This document shows positions 46,195 to 64,000 of a DNA stretch of 64,000 bases, piece after piece. Under the pieces are notes generated by a model that did not search any database, was not told where the DNA came from, and saw only the letters and a program-made list of their open reading frames with translations. Each line of letters starts with the position of its first letter. Within the stretch, counting starts at the first letter, position 1. The translations under genes and the position numbers were made by a program. The stretch is from the human T2T-CHM13v2.0 reference genome, Homo sapiens. The stretch is from assembly GCF_009914755.1 (NCBI RefSeq), contig NC_060932.1, one strand, 5' to 3'.

Positions 46195-46688
46195 CTGAAA
46201 CAAGACAAAATATTACATTATCTCCCTCAAATCTGATTTCCTTTGAGTAAATGAAATCATGGGAGACAGCACCTAGCCCTACGTTATACACAGGCAAGCG
46301 TAGCACATTTCTGGCCCTCTGTTCATTCTCTGTACATGGCTTGCATTTTAAGTTGGAATTCAAGGTGGAAGTGGGAAGGAAAGGCCTCTGGAATCCTGCC
46401 TGGTCACTAATTCACTGTGACCCAGGAGTTACCCTTCTTCATAGACGGAACCCTCTATTATTCTACGTACAATATGCAGAATTAAGCGAGATAACGTGGT
46501 GCCAGCATAAACCGGCGAGGACGTGAAATTCGTCATAAAATCCAACAGGAGGGCAGTGAAGCCCTTTTTTCTCATGTCTGGGAGCGGGGATACCGCTAGG
46601 AGGGCAGGAGGTAAAGTCCAGAGGCTGGCGCGTGGTGCGGCCCCGACGCCGCGGGCTGATCCTCTGTCCCTGTGGGGCCGCCACCTAC

Positions 46689-46713
46689 CCGCGGTGAGCC
46701 TCTTCTCGGGCAT
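46689..46713 (-). CDS. RGS22: RGS22 coding exon 1 (MPEKRLTA+G), start codon
   Basis: ATG at 46713 in context GACGGCATGC inside a CpG island; donor G|GTAGGT; peptide matches recalled human RGS22 N-terminus; phase 1 joins exon 2. Confidence 0.93.
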
Positions 46714-46859
46714 GCCGTCCCCGCTGCCCGCGCCTGGAGCCCGCGCGGGCCGTCAGGGCCCTAGCGCGCGGGTCCAGCGCGGGTCAGGGCCTGAGCGACG
46801 CGGCGACGGCGCGCGGGCTCCGGAGCTACGCTGGCTAGCGTGGCCGGCGCCGCGCCGGG

Positions 46860-46872
46860 GTTGCTATGGAGC
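46860..46872. promoter_or_regulatory. RFX X-box-like motif GTTGCTATGGAGC
   Basis: Strong GTTGCYATGG half-site about 150 bp upstream of the ATG. Confidence 0.5.
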
Positions 46873-47112
46873 TTAGACAATACGGCCGCCCAGGGAGGCC
46901 GAGGCCGGCCACTCAGGTGCCTTTCGGGGTTCCCAAGCTGCGACGGGAACACCCCCGCCGCCCCCTACCCTCCCTTCCTCCTCCTCTGGGCAGGGACCAG
47001 CGCGGCGAACGAAGGCTGGGGGCGGACGCGCGTGTGGACCCCCAGCGCGGTCACCCGGAAGGGGCGCCCTGGAGACGCCTGTGTCCCTCGAGACTCCACT
47101 GGCAGCGAATTC

Positions 47113-47126
47113 GTTACTGTGGTGAC
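47113..47126. promoter_or_regulatory. RFX X-box-like motif GTTACTGTGGTGAC
   Basis: Imperfect 14-bp palindrome close to the GTYRCCATGGYRAC consensus, in the promoter CpG island. Confidence 0.55.
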
Positions 47127-49165
47127 CGCTGCTCAGGTCCGTTATTCCTCCACTACAGCCCGCCAGCAACGGCCAGGGAAACGCGGTGCTCCACGGGAGG
47201 GAGAGGCCGCGGGCATGCGGGGCGCCAGGCGGCCAGGACGGCTGGTCCCGGGAAGCGGAGGAAGCAGGGAAGTCAGGCCTCCAGTTTTCCTCATTCCTCA
47301 GGAGGCCCGCAACACGTAGCTCTTGATCTCCATCACAGTTGTATGAAATGCTTGTGTAAAAAGTTAAATAATTCGCGGCCTATAGGAACCGCAAACTTCC
47401 CCAACACGTGTGTGCCCATCAGGACTGCTGCATTTTCAAGATAGCTAGGCTTAAAAATTACCCGAGGAGGCCTCATGTTCACCTAACGTGGTACCTTCGT
47501 CTGTTAGGTTACTCAAGACTCAAGCCAGAAACCTAGGAGCTTTTCCCTGAAACTTACTGCCCGACCCCCAAACGGTCTTATTCAGTCAAGCACTAGGTCC
47601 TCTTTATTCTGCCTTAGTGTTTCTGAAATCTGGAGTCTCCTTTGCGCTCCTGCTGAACAGTTGTAAAAACTTTTTAATGGTTTTTCAGTCTTTGCTTCCA
47701 GTGGAGTTCAGCTTAAGCCCATTCTCCATGATGAATGCAAAATCATCCATCTGAACGCAAATCTGACCTGTTTAAAACCTTCGGTGGCTTTACATTTGCC
47801 TCCTACATTGTAGGAATACTCCAAGGCTGGCAGGGGCCCCACAGGTATATGAATGCTTAACAAAAGAATAAGACAATTAGTGCTTGTATTGCAAGGAAAC
47901 GTAACTCCCATCTAGTTGTATTCATTGCCTTTTCCCTATTACATAGAAAAAGACAAAAATAAACCACTATCTTGGCCAGACAAAATTAGAGGACCAAATG
48001 AAGTGACGGGATACTGGCAGAAGATAATGGAGAGGTGGGAGGTGGGGGGTTGGGGGACAAATCACAAAGGGCTTTGTGGGCCCTTGGTAAGGACTCCAGG
48101 TTTCATTCTGAGTGAAATGCAAACCATAGCAGAGTTTGAACAGAGAAATGACATGACTTTACTTCTATTTGAAAGAATCGCTCTGGGTGCTGTCTAGAGA
48201 ATATATTAATATTAGCATGACTCGAAGCGGGCAAGAGCTAATCGTAGCTCAGACCGGGTGGTTCAGAACAAGCAGTACAGGTTTCAGATAGATTCTGCAG
48301 ACATTTTAACAGTAGACCCAAGAGGATTTCCTGACAAGTTGGACATGGGAGTAAAACAGAGTAGTTGAGAATGACTCCAGATTTGGTCTGAACAGCCAGA
48401 AAAGTTTAGCTGCCATCAACAGAGTTGGGGAAAGCTGTGAGTGGACCACATTGAGAGGGAGAGTTTAAGAAGTCTATTAGCCAAAACCAAGTTGAAAAAC
48501 ATGCTTCAGGATATCATCCAGGAGAACATCACCAACCTAGCAAGACAGGCCAACATTGAAATTCAGGAAATGCAGAGAACCCCAGGAAGATACTCCATAA
48601 AAAGATCAACCCCAAGACACATAATCGTCAGATGCTCCAAGGTCAAAATGTTAGAAAAAATGTTCAGGGCAGCCAGAGAGAAAGGCCAGGTCACCTACAA
48701 AGGGAAGCCCCTCAGACTATCAGCGGACGTCTCGGTGGAAACTTTACAAGTCAGAAGAAATTGGGGGCCAATATCCGGCATTCTCAACCGAATTTCCAAC
48801 CCAGAATTTCATATCCAGCCAAAGTAAGCTTCATAAGTGAAGAAGTAATAAGATCCTCTTCAGACAAGCAAATGCTGAGGGAATTTGTCACCGCCAAACC
48901 TGCCTTGCAAGAGCTGAAGGAAACACTAAATATGGAAAGGAAAAACCATTAGTAGCCAGTAAAAAAACAAACAAGAAACACCAAATGAAGCACACAGACC
49001 AGTGACACTATGAAGCAACCACATAAACAAGTCTGCAAAATAACCAGCTACCTTTATGAAGACAGGATCAAATCCACACATAACAATACTAACCTTAAAT
49101 GTAAATGGCTAAATGCCCCAATTAAAAGACACAGAATGGCAAGCTGGATAAAGAACCAAGACCCA

Positions 49166-55277
<6,112 letters not shown>

Positions 55278-55516
55278 AAAGAACCAAGACTCATCGATAC
55301 GATGTCTTCAAGAGACCCATCTCACATGCAAAGACACACATAGGCTCAAATAAAGGGATGGAGTAAAATTTACCAAACAAATGGAAAACAGAAAATAGCA
55401 GGGGTTGCAATTCTAGTTTCTTATACAAAGGACTTTAAACAAACAAAGATAAAAAAAAAAGACAAGGGCATTACATAATGGTAAAGGGTTCAATTAAACA
55501 AGAAGAGCTAACTATC

Positions 55517-56485
55517 TGTGATGGTTAATACTGAGTGTCAACTTGATTGAAGGATACAAAGTATTGATCCTGGGTGTGTCTGTGAGGGTGTTGCCAAAAG
55601 AAATTAACACTGGAGTCAGTGGGGTGGGGAAGGCAGATCCACCTTTAATCTGGTGGGCACAATCTTATCAGCTGCCAGTGAAAATAAAGCAGGCAGAAAA
55701 ATGTGAAAAGGAGAGACTAGCCTAGCCTCCCAGCCTACATCTTTCTCCCATGCTGGATGCTACCTGCCCTCGAACATCAGACTCCAAGTTCCTCAGTTTT
55801 GGGGCTCGGACTGGCTCTCCTTGCTCCTCAGCTTGCAGACAGCCTATTGTGGGACCTTGTGATTGTGTAAGTTAATACTTAATAAACTCCCCTTTACATA
55901 CATACATATATATGTGTGTGTGTGTATATATATATATCCTAATAAGCTCCCCATTATATATATCCCTTTATATATATATGTTTATAATATATATCCCTTT
56001 ATATATATGTTTATAATATATATCCCTTTATATATATGTTTATAATATATATCCCTTTATATATATATATGTTTATAATATATGTCCCTTTATATATATA
56101 TGTTTATAATATATATCCCTTTATATATATGTTTATAATATATATCCCTTTATATATATATGTTTATAATATATATCCCTTTATATATATATAAAAGGGA
56201 GCTTATTAGGATGTATAGCGATCCCTATACACCATAGGGATATATATATATATACACACACACGCACACACCCTTATAGATACATACATATATGGATATA
56301 TATATATATACCCCTATATAGAGATACATATGTATGGATATATATATACCCCTATATATAGATACATATGTATGGATATATGTATACCTATATATAGATA
56401 CATATATATGGATATATATATATATATATATCCATATATATGTATCTCTCCTATTAGTTCTGTCCCTCTGGAGAACCCTAATACA
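55517..56485 (+). mobile_element. MLT2A-like (HERV-L) solo LTR with expanded internal AT-rich repeat
   Basis: TG...CA ends (tgtgatggttaatactgagtgtcaac ... gagaaccctaataca); 5-bp TSD ctatc at 55512-55516 and 56486-56490. Confidence 0.92.
55895..56445. repeat. AT-rich minisatellite (unit ~tatatatgtttataatatatatccctt) plus TA/CA repeats
   Basis: About seven near-identical units at 55955-56190, then a second gatacatatatgga-type array. Confidence 0.93.
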
Positions 56486-59043
56486 CTATCCTAAATATAT
56501 ATGCACCCAATACAGGAGCACCCAAATTCATAAAGCAAGTTCTTAGAGACCTTCAATGAAACTTAAACTCCCATACAATAACAATGGGAGACCTACTGAC
56601 AATATTAGACACTCTACTGACAATATTAGACAGATCATTGAGATAGAAAATTAACAACGATATTCAGGACCTGAACTTAGCTCTGGATCAAGTGGACCTG
56701 ATAGATGTCTACAGAACTCTCCACCCCAAAACAGCAGAATATACATTCTTCCCATTGCCACACAGTACTTACTCTAAATTTGACCACATAATCAGATGTA
56801 AAACACTTCTCAGCAAATTCAAAATAACTGAAATCATAACAGTCTTTCAGACCACCGGGGAATCGAATTAGAACTCAAGATTAAGAGATTTACTCAAAAC
56901 CACACAACTATATGGGAATTGAACAACCTGCTTCTGAATGACTCTTGGGTAAATAATGAAATTAGGGCAGAAATCAAAAAGTTCTTTGAAACTAATGAGA
57001 ACAAAGATACAACATACCAGAATCTCTGGGATGCGGCTAAAGCAGTGTTAAAAGGGAAATATATAGCACTAAATGCTCACATCGAAAAGGTAGAAGGATC
57101 TCAAGTTAACAACCTAACATCACAACTAAAAGAACAAGAGAACCAAGAGCAAACAAACCCCAAAGCTAGCAGAAGACAAGAAATAACCAAGATCAGAGCT
57201 GAACTGAAGGAGATAGAGACATGAAAAACCCTTCAAAAAATTATCGAACCCAGAAGCTGGTTTTTTTCTTTTTTAAGTAATAGACCACTAGCTAGACTAA
57301 TACAGAAGAAAAGAGAGAAGATTCAAATAAACACAATCAGAAATGTTAAGGGGGATATCACCACTGATTCCATAGAAATACAAACCACCATCAGAGAAAA
57401 CTATAAACACCTCTATGCACATAGACTATAAAATCCAAAGGAAATAGATAACTTCCTAAACACATACACCCTCCCAAGACTGAACCAGGAATAAATTGAA
57501 TCTGTGAATAGACCAATAATGAGTTCTGAAATTGAGGCAGTAATAGCCTAACAACAACAACAACAAAAAAATGCTGAGGACCAAACAGATTCACAGCTGA
57601 ATTCTACCCAGAGATACCAAGAATAGCTGGTACCATTTCTACTGAAACTATTCCAAACAGTTGAAAAGGAGGGACTCCTCCATAACTCATTCTATGAGGC
57701 CAGCATCATCCTGATACTAAAACCTGGCAGAGATACAACAAAAAAAAGAAAACTTCAGGCCAATATCCTTGATGAACATCAATGCAAAAATCCTCAATAA
57801 AATACTGGCAAACAAAATCCAGCAGTACATCAAAAACTTATCCACCACGATCAACTAGGCTTCATTCCTGGGATGCAAGATTGGTTCAACACACACGAAT
57901 CAATAAATGTGATTCATCACACAAACAGAACTAAAGAAAAAAACCACATGATTATCTCAATAGATGTAGAAAAGGCCTTTGATAAACTTCAACATCCCTT
58001 CATGTTAAAAACTCTCAATAAACTAGGTATTGAAGGAACATGCCTCAAAATAATAAGAGCCATACATGACAAACCCACAGCCAATATCATACTGAATAGG
58101 CAGAAGCTAGAAGCATCCCCCTTGAAAATCAACACAAGGATGCCCTCTCTTGCCACTCCTATTCAACACAGTATTGGAAGTTCTGGCCAGGGGAATCAGG
58201 CAAGAGACAGAAATAAAGTGTATTCGAATAGAAAGAGAAGAAGTCAAGCTATCTTTGTTTGCAGATGACATGTCCTATATCCAGAAAACCCCATTGTCTC
58301 AGCCCAAAGGCTTCTTAAGCTGATAAGCAACTTCAGCAAAGTCTCAGGATATAAAATCAATGTGCAAAAATTACTAGCATTCTTATACACCAACAACAGG
58401 CAAGCAGAGAGCCAAATCATGAATGAACTCCCATTCACAATTGCCACAAAAAGAATAAAATACCTAGGAATACAACTAACAAGGGAAGTGAAGGACCTCT
58501 TCAAGGAGAACTACAAACCACTGCTCAAAGAAATCAGAAATGACACAAACAAATGGACAAACATTCCATGCTTATGGAAAGGAAGAATCAATACCATGAA
58601 AATGGCCATACTGCCCAAAGCAACTTATACGTTCAGTGCTATTCCCATTAAACTACCATGAACATTCTTCACAGAACTAGAAAAATTTAAAACCAAAAAA
58701 GAGCCCAAATAGCCAAGACAATCCTAAGCAAAAAGAACAAAGCTGGAGGCATCATGCTACCCAACTTCAAACTATACTACAGGGCTACAGTAGCCAAAAC
58801 AGCATGGTACTGGTACAAGAACAGACACATAGACCAATGGAACAGAATAGAGGCCCAGAAATAAGATCATACATCTACAACCATCTGATCTTCGACAAAC
58901 CTGACAAAAACAAGAAATGGAGAAAGGATTCCCTATTTAATAAATGGTGCTGGGATAGCTGGCTAGCCATATGCAGAAAATTGAAACTGGACCCCTTCCT
59001 TACACCATCTGCAAAAATTAACTCAAGATGGATTAAAGACTTA

Positions 59044-59421
<378 letters not shown>

Positions 59422-61465
59422 TCAGGACATAGGCACCGGCAAAGATTTCATGACTAAAACACCGAAAGCAATTGCAACAAAAGCAAAAATTGACAAATGG
59501 GATCTAAGTAAACTAAAGAGCTTCTGCACGATAGAGGAAACTGTCATCAGGGTGAACAGACAACCTACAGAATGGGAGAAAGTTTCTGCAATCTATTCAT
59601 CTGACAAAGGTCTAATATCCAGCATCTGCAAGGTACTTAAATAAATTTACAAGAAAAAAACAACCCCGTTAAAAAGTGGGCAAAGGATATGAACAGACAC
59701 TTCTCAAAAGAAGACATATATGCAGCCAACAAACATGAAGAAAAGCTCAACATCGCTGATTGTTAGAGAAATGCAAATCAAAACCACAATGAGATACCAT
59801 CTCGCACCAGTCAGAATGGCAATTATTAAAAAGAAGAAACAATAGACGTTGACAAGATTGTGGAGGAAAAGGAACACTGTTACACTGTTGGTAGGAGTGT
59901 AAATTAGCTTAACCATTGTGGAAGACTGTGGCAATTCCTCAAAGACCTAGATGCAGAAATACTATTTGACCCAGCAATCGCATTCCTGGGTATATACCCA
60001 AAGGATTATAAATCATTCTATTATAAAGATATGTGCATGCATATGTTCACTGCAACACTCTTCACAATAGCAAAGACATTGAACTAACCTAAATGCCCAT
60101 CAATGATAGACTGGATAAAGAAAATGTGGTACATATACACCGTGAAATACTATGCAGCTATAAAAAGGAATGAGATCATGTCCTTTGCAGGGATATGGAT
60201 GGAGCTGGAAGCCATTATCCTCAGCAAACTAACACAGGAACAGAAAACCAAACACTGCATGTTCTAACTTATAACTGGGAGCTGATTGATAGCACATGGT
60301 GGGAAACAACACACACTGGGGCCTGTTGGAGGGTAGAGATGGAAGGAGAGAGCACATCAGGAAGAACAGCTAATAGATGCTGGGCTTAATACCTAGGTAA
60401 TAGGATGATCTGTATAGCAAACCATCATGGCACACATTTATCTATGTAACAAACGTGCACATCCTGCACACGTACCCCTGAACGTAAAAAGTTTGAAAAA
60501 AATAAAAAAGTCTATTAGTCATCCAAATGAAGATTTTCAGTTTGCATTTGACATAGGAACCCAGAATTTGGGAGATAGCAGTTTGAGAGTTAGCATGTAA
60601 GTGGGCTCTTCAGGCATTTGCTTGTGCTGTTTCTACCACCAGAGAAACTCTCCCGGCCTTTCTTTACCAGGCTAAATTTTCTCATTCTTCAAAACTCAGC
60701 TTGGGTCTCATCTCCTTCAGTATACCTTCCCATGAATTATTTTCATTTGTCTCTCCTCTTGCTCTTGAATACTTGGGGCAAACCCATATCTCAAAAATGT
60801 ATTAAAATCACTGGTACAAAGAGGTACACCCTCTTCCCCTAGTGCCACCCACCAGACAGTAAATTCCTGGGGGCTGAGGGAGCTATATTTTATTTTAACC
60901 TCCTCCCAGCCCCACCACATCCCCTGCTGAGTGCCTACCACTCACTAGATCTTTGTTGAAATGAACTTCTGGAGTTGCTCTCCATTGCAATCATTCTGCA
61001 TGGTGCTTTGCTCACAGGCAGGATTTGTTCATCCCTATTTTAGATAGCCCATGCTGATGGGAAGTCAATTTGTTTTAACATTAATAGTAGCTAACATTTA
61101 TTACATTTATTACATATTTGCTATGGGCTCCTAACAATAGCCCAAAGAGATTGATATTAGTCTCAGTTTACAGTTTACAAAACTTAGAAAGGTGAGATGA
61201 TTTGCTCAAAGATACATAGCTTGAAAGTGCTGAAGCCAAAAGTCTGATTCCAAAGCCCTTGCTCTTTGACCACTATGTTATGTGGCCTTTCTCTCTAAAA
61301 GCAATCTCACGAGATTAAAGAATGGTGTGAGAACCACAAAGACAGTAATTTGAACCCAAATGCCTAGGTTATAAACTGTTATAATGTTTTGCTAATTTCT
61401 TTGGTAACAACTTCATTGAGATATAATTGACATATCACAGTTCACCCATTTAAAGAACACAATTC

Positions 61466-62053
<588 letters not shown>

Positions 62054-62699
62054 CCCTAGCCAGTTTTTCTAAAACTGTAGAAAAGCCTTTTTTCTTTATC
62101 ATTGTTGAAACCAAGATAGTTTAAAATCAAAGTCTTTAATGGCAAATAGAAATATAAACATAAATGGAATTAAGCTTCTCTGTTTATTCTCTTCTAACTC
62201 TGGACATATAATCAGCAAATTTGAAGTGTTTGTTTGGGATGTTCTTACATAAATTTTTTTGTACACCTGAAATTCAGCTTGGGGAATCCTGGAGAACATC
62301 TCAGGCAATCACCCTGCAAAACAGCTAAAACTATGATATGAGAAACCAGTATAATTGTGGGACAAAAGTGATATCATATTAAGCTGCTACAGACAGAGAA
62401 AAAGACCGTAGGTTTTCCAACATGAGCCTCAAACCAAAAACCACAAGGGCTGACCTTCTGAAGTACAATGATTAATTTGCTTTGGGGTATTTTATGTAGC
62501 TTGTTTAGTGTGAAAAACTACAGGGATTTAATGATTCTCCCAAGTACTGTTGGAGAGACTGGCTAGTATATGTATGTGTAAATATCTCCTTGACAATCAG
62601 AAGCATATTTTCAGGCATCCTACCTATTGTTTAATGATTTTAAAGTGTCAGTCCTTCTCTGAGTTTGGTGTGGTAGGGTCCAACATAAGCCAACGTAAG

Positions 62700-63274
62700 C
62701 CTTGTTCTTAACTTTTCTGAGTGTGAACAGGAATAGCACCAAGAGACAAAATTCATATTATCATTGTGATTTTAATTTTTGATGGAAATTGGATATTTTA
62801 TATGGCTGAGAGTCTGAATATACAAATGGACAGTGGCCATGCCATGTATGACAAAACTCTGGCAGCAGTCAGCCTTGGAAGCCAACACAACTTTTGCAGC
62901 AATAGGATCAGAATGGTATGGACTTGGTAACTGCCAGCTTCCCTAATTTTGCCCTCTCTTCCCTCTCTTTGACCTCTTTTGTTGGTCCTGGTTCTCTTCA
63001 GGACCAACAAAAAAAAGCCGAGTATGTTCCCTAAATCAATCACATAGGATGCCCACTAGATTCTAGTTAACTCATTTTCAGCTTCCTATGTTAACAGCCT
63101 CCAATGGGAGTATGCCTAAAATCTTCTCTTTTTTTCACTATAAAGATTTCCCACTACTTTGCCTATATTTGAGTCTCTGCAAAATACAAGTGATGGAGGC
63201 TGACTCCCTGGCTATAGCAAGCTCTGAATAAATAGCCTCTGTTCCTATTGGGGATGTCTTCATGTATTTCCACA
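62700..63274 (+). mobile_element. Probable old ERVL-class LTR (MER74/MER73-like); left boundary uncertain
   Basis: ggctgactccctggctatagcaagctctgaataaatagcc...tttccaca LTR-type 3' end with AATAAA and terminal CA. Confidence 0.5.
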
Positions 63275-64000
63275 TAGCTAAGGCATACTTTAAATTTGTA
63301 TACACAAATGAATCTGAATGACAGGACAGTGCATTAGAGTGTTTTTCCTAGGAGCTGGATGGCAACTCCACATGGAATGATATGTGGTACCACCCCCACA
63401 TTCCAATCTCTAAAGTAACTGCGTGTGGTAAGGAGATTTAGAAACATGGGTTATAAATTTTATATATTGCTTATTTCCATTTTTTAAATAATCATTGGTT
63501 ATTTTTACTTTTGTTAAATTATGTATCTTATCTATACTGGATAACAACTACCCACATCATTATTACATTTAACTGGAAAATGACTTTTTTCCCTTATTTC
63601 CTAACTTAACAGTTCATACTTTTTTTGAAAAAGGAACATAATTAGTTTAATATATTCATTAGGCAATTTCTTAACTTATCCAAGATAACTACCATCTGGA
63701 CCTGCTGGTTTAGATTTATTCTAATTGTCAATATATTCCATTACATTACTTTGTTTCTTGCACAGACTGATGAGATAATTCAATTTTTAACCCTTCCCTA
63801 GTCAAAGTTTGAAAACTCTTAATATTGCTTTAGGACATTATAATTTTTACTAGTAGATAATAATTTATTTTTCTCTTCTCCTCCTTTGTTTCTTCTTCCT
63901 CCCACCTCTTTTTTTAAAATGGATTTTAGCTCTAAGAAATTTTTTTGACCTGTGTTGGTCTCTCCTGTAGCCCCAGCACCTAGAACAAAGCCTGGCATAA

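Larger units (their letters stand above)
46480..47330. promoter_or_regulatory. CpG island / RGS22 promoter and 5' UTR
   Basis: Abruptly GC- and CpG-rich against an AT-rich, CpG-depleted background; contains the start codon; exact TSS not determinable. Confidence 0.9.

Noticed and set aside
46429-47444. Several overlapping 60-190 aa ORFs on both strands in the CpG island
   Set aside because: Expected from stop-codon scarcity in GC-rich DNA; Arg/Pro/Gly/Ala-rich with no recognisable domain; only the first 25 nt of 46429..46713(-) belong to RGS22
55955-56190. Regular ~28-bp repeats as a CRISPR-like array
   Set aside because: Head-to-tail units without unique spacers, inside an LTR in primate DNA, with no cas genes

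Overview
Primate (human-like) genomic DNA, not prokaryotic. The minus strand carries the 5' part of RGS22 (regulator of G-protein signalling 22). Nine coding exons were reconstructed by hand from GT/AG sites (46689-46713, 46166-46194, 34285-34347, 20970-21191, 12983-13068, 12207-12375, 7004-7133, 4253-4880, 3428-3589). They total 1514 nt, splice in frame (MPEKRLTAEPPTITEEEFEDSLATDD...VLKPLLLYW) and the gene continues past the left edge. The start lies in a CpG island (~46.5-47.3 kb) with RFX X-box-like motifs. The rest is mostly interspersed repeats: about 25 Alu/FLAM/FRAM copies, L1 fragments, MaLR/ERVL LTRs, MER2 and MER5A. Upstream of the gene is a 12-kb nested L1 block (48481-60507) whose target-site duplications (TSDs) can still be read. 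The most notable observations are: (i) the near-full-length inner L1 keeps an antisense ORF0-like ORF with a splice donor in phase with RGS22 exon 2; (ii) a TSD-flanked, twin-primed retrocopy of Alu plus unique 3' sequence in intron 6, followed by a 187-bp tandem duplication; (iii) exon-like segments in intron 4. There is no CRISPR array, RNA gene or new multi-gene system that I can support. Repeat subfamily names are from recalled consensus features, not from a RepeatMasker run.
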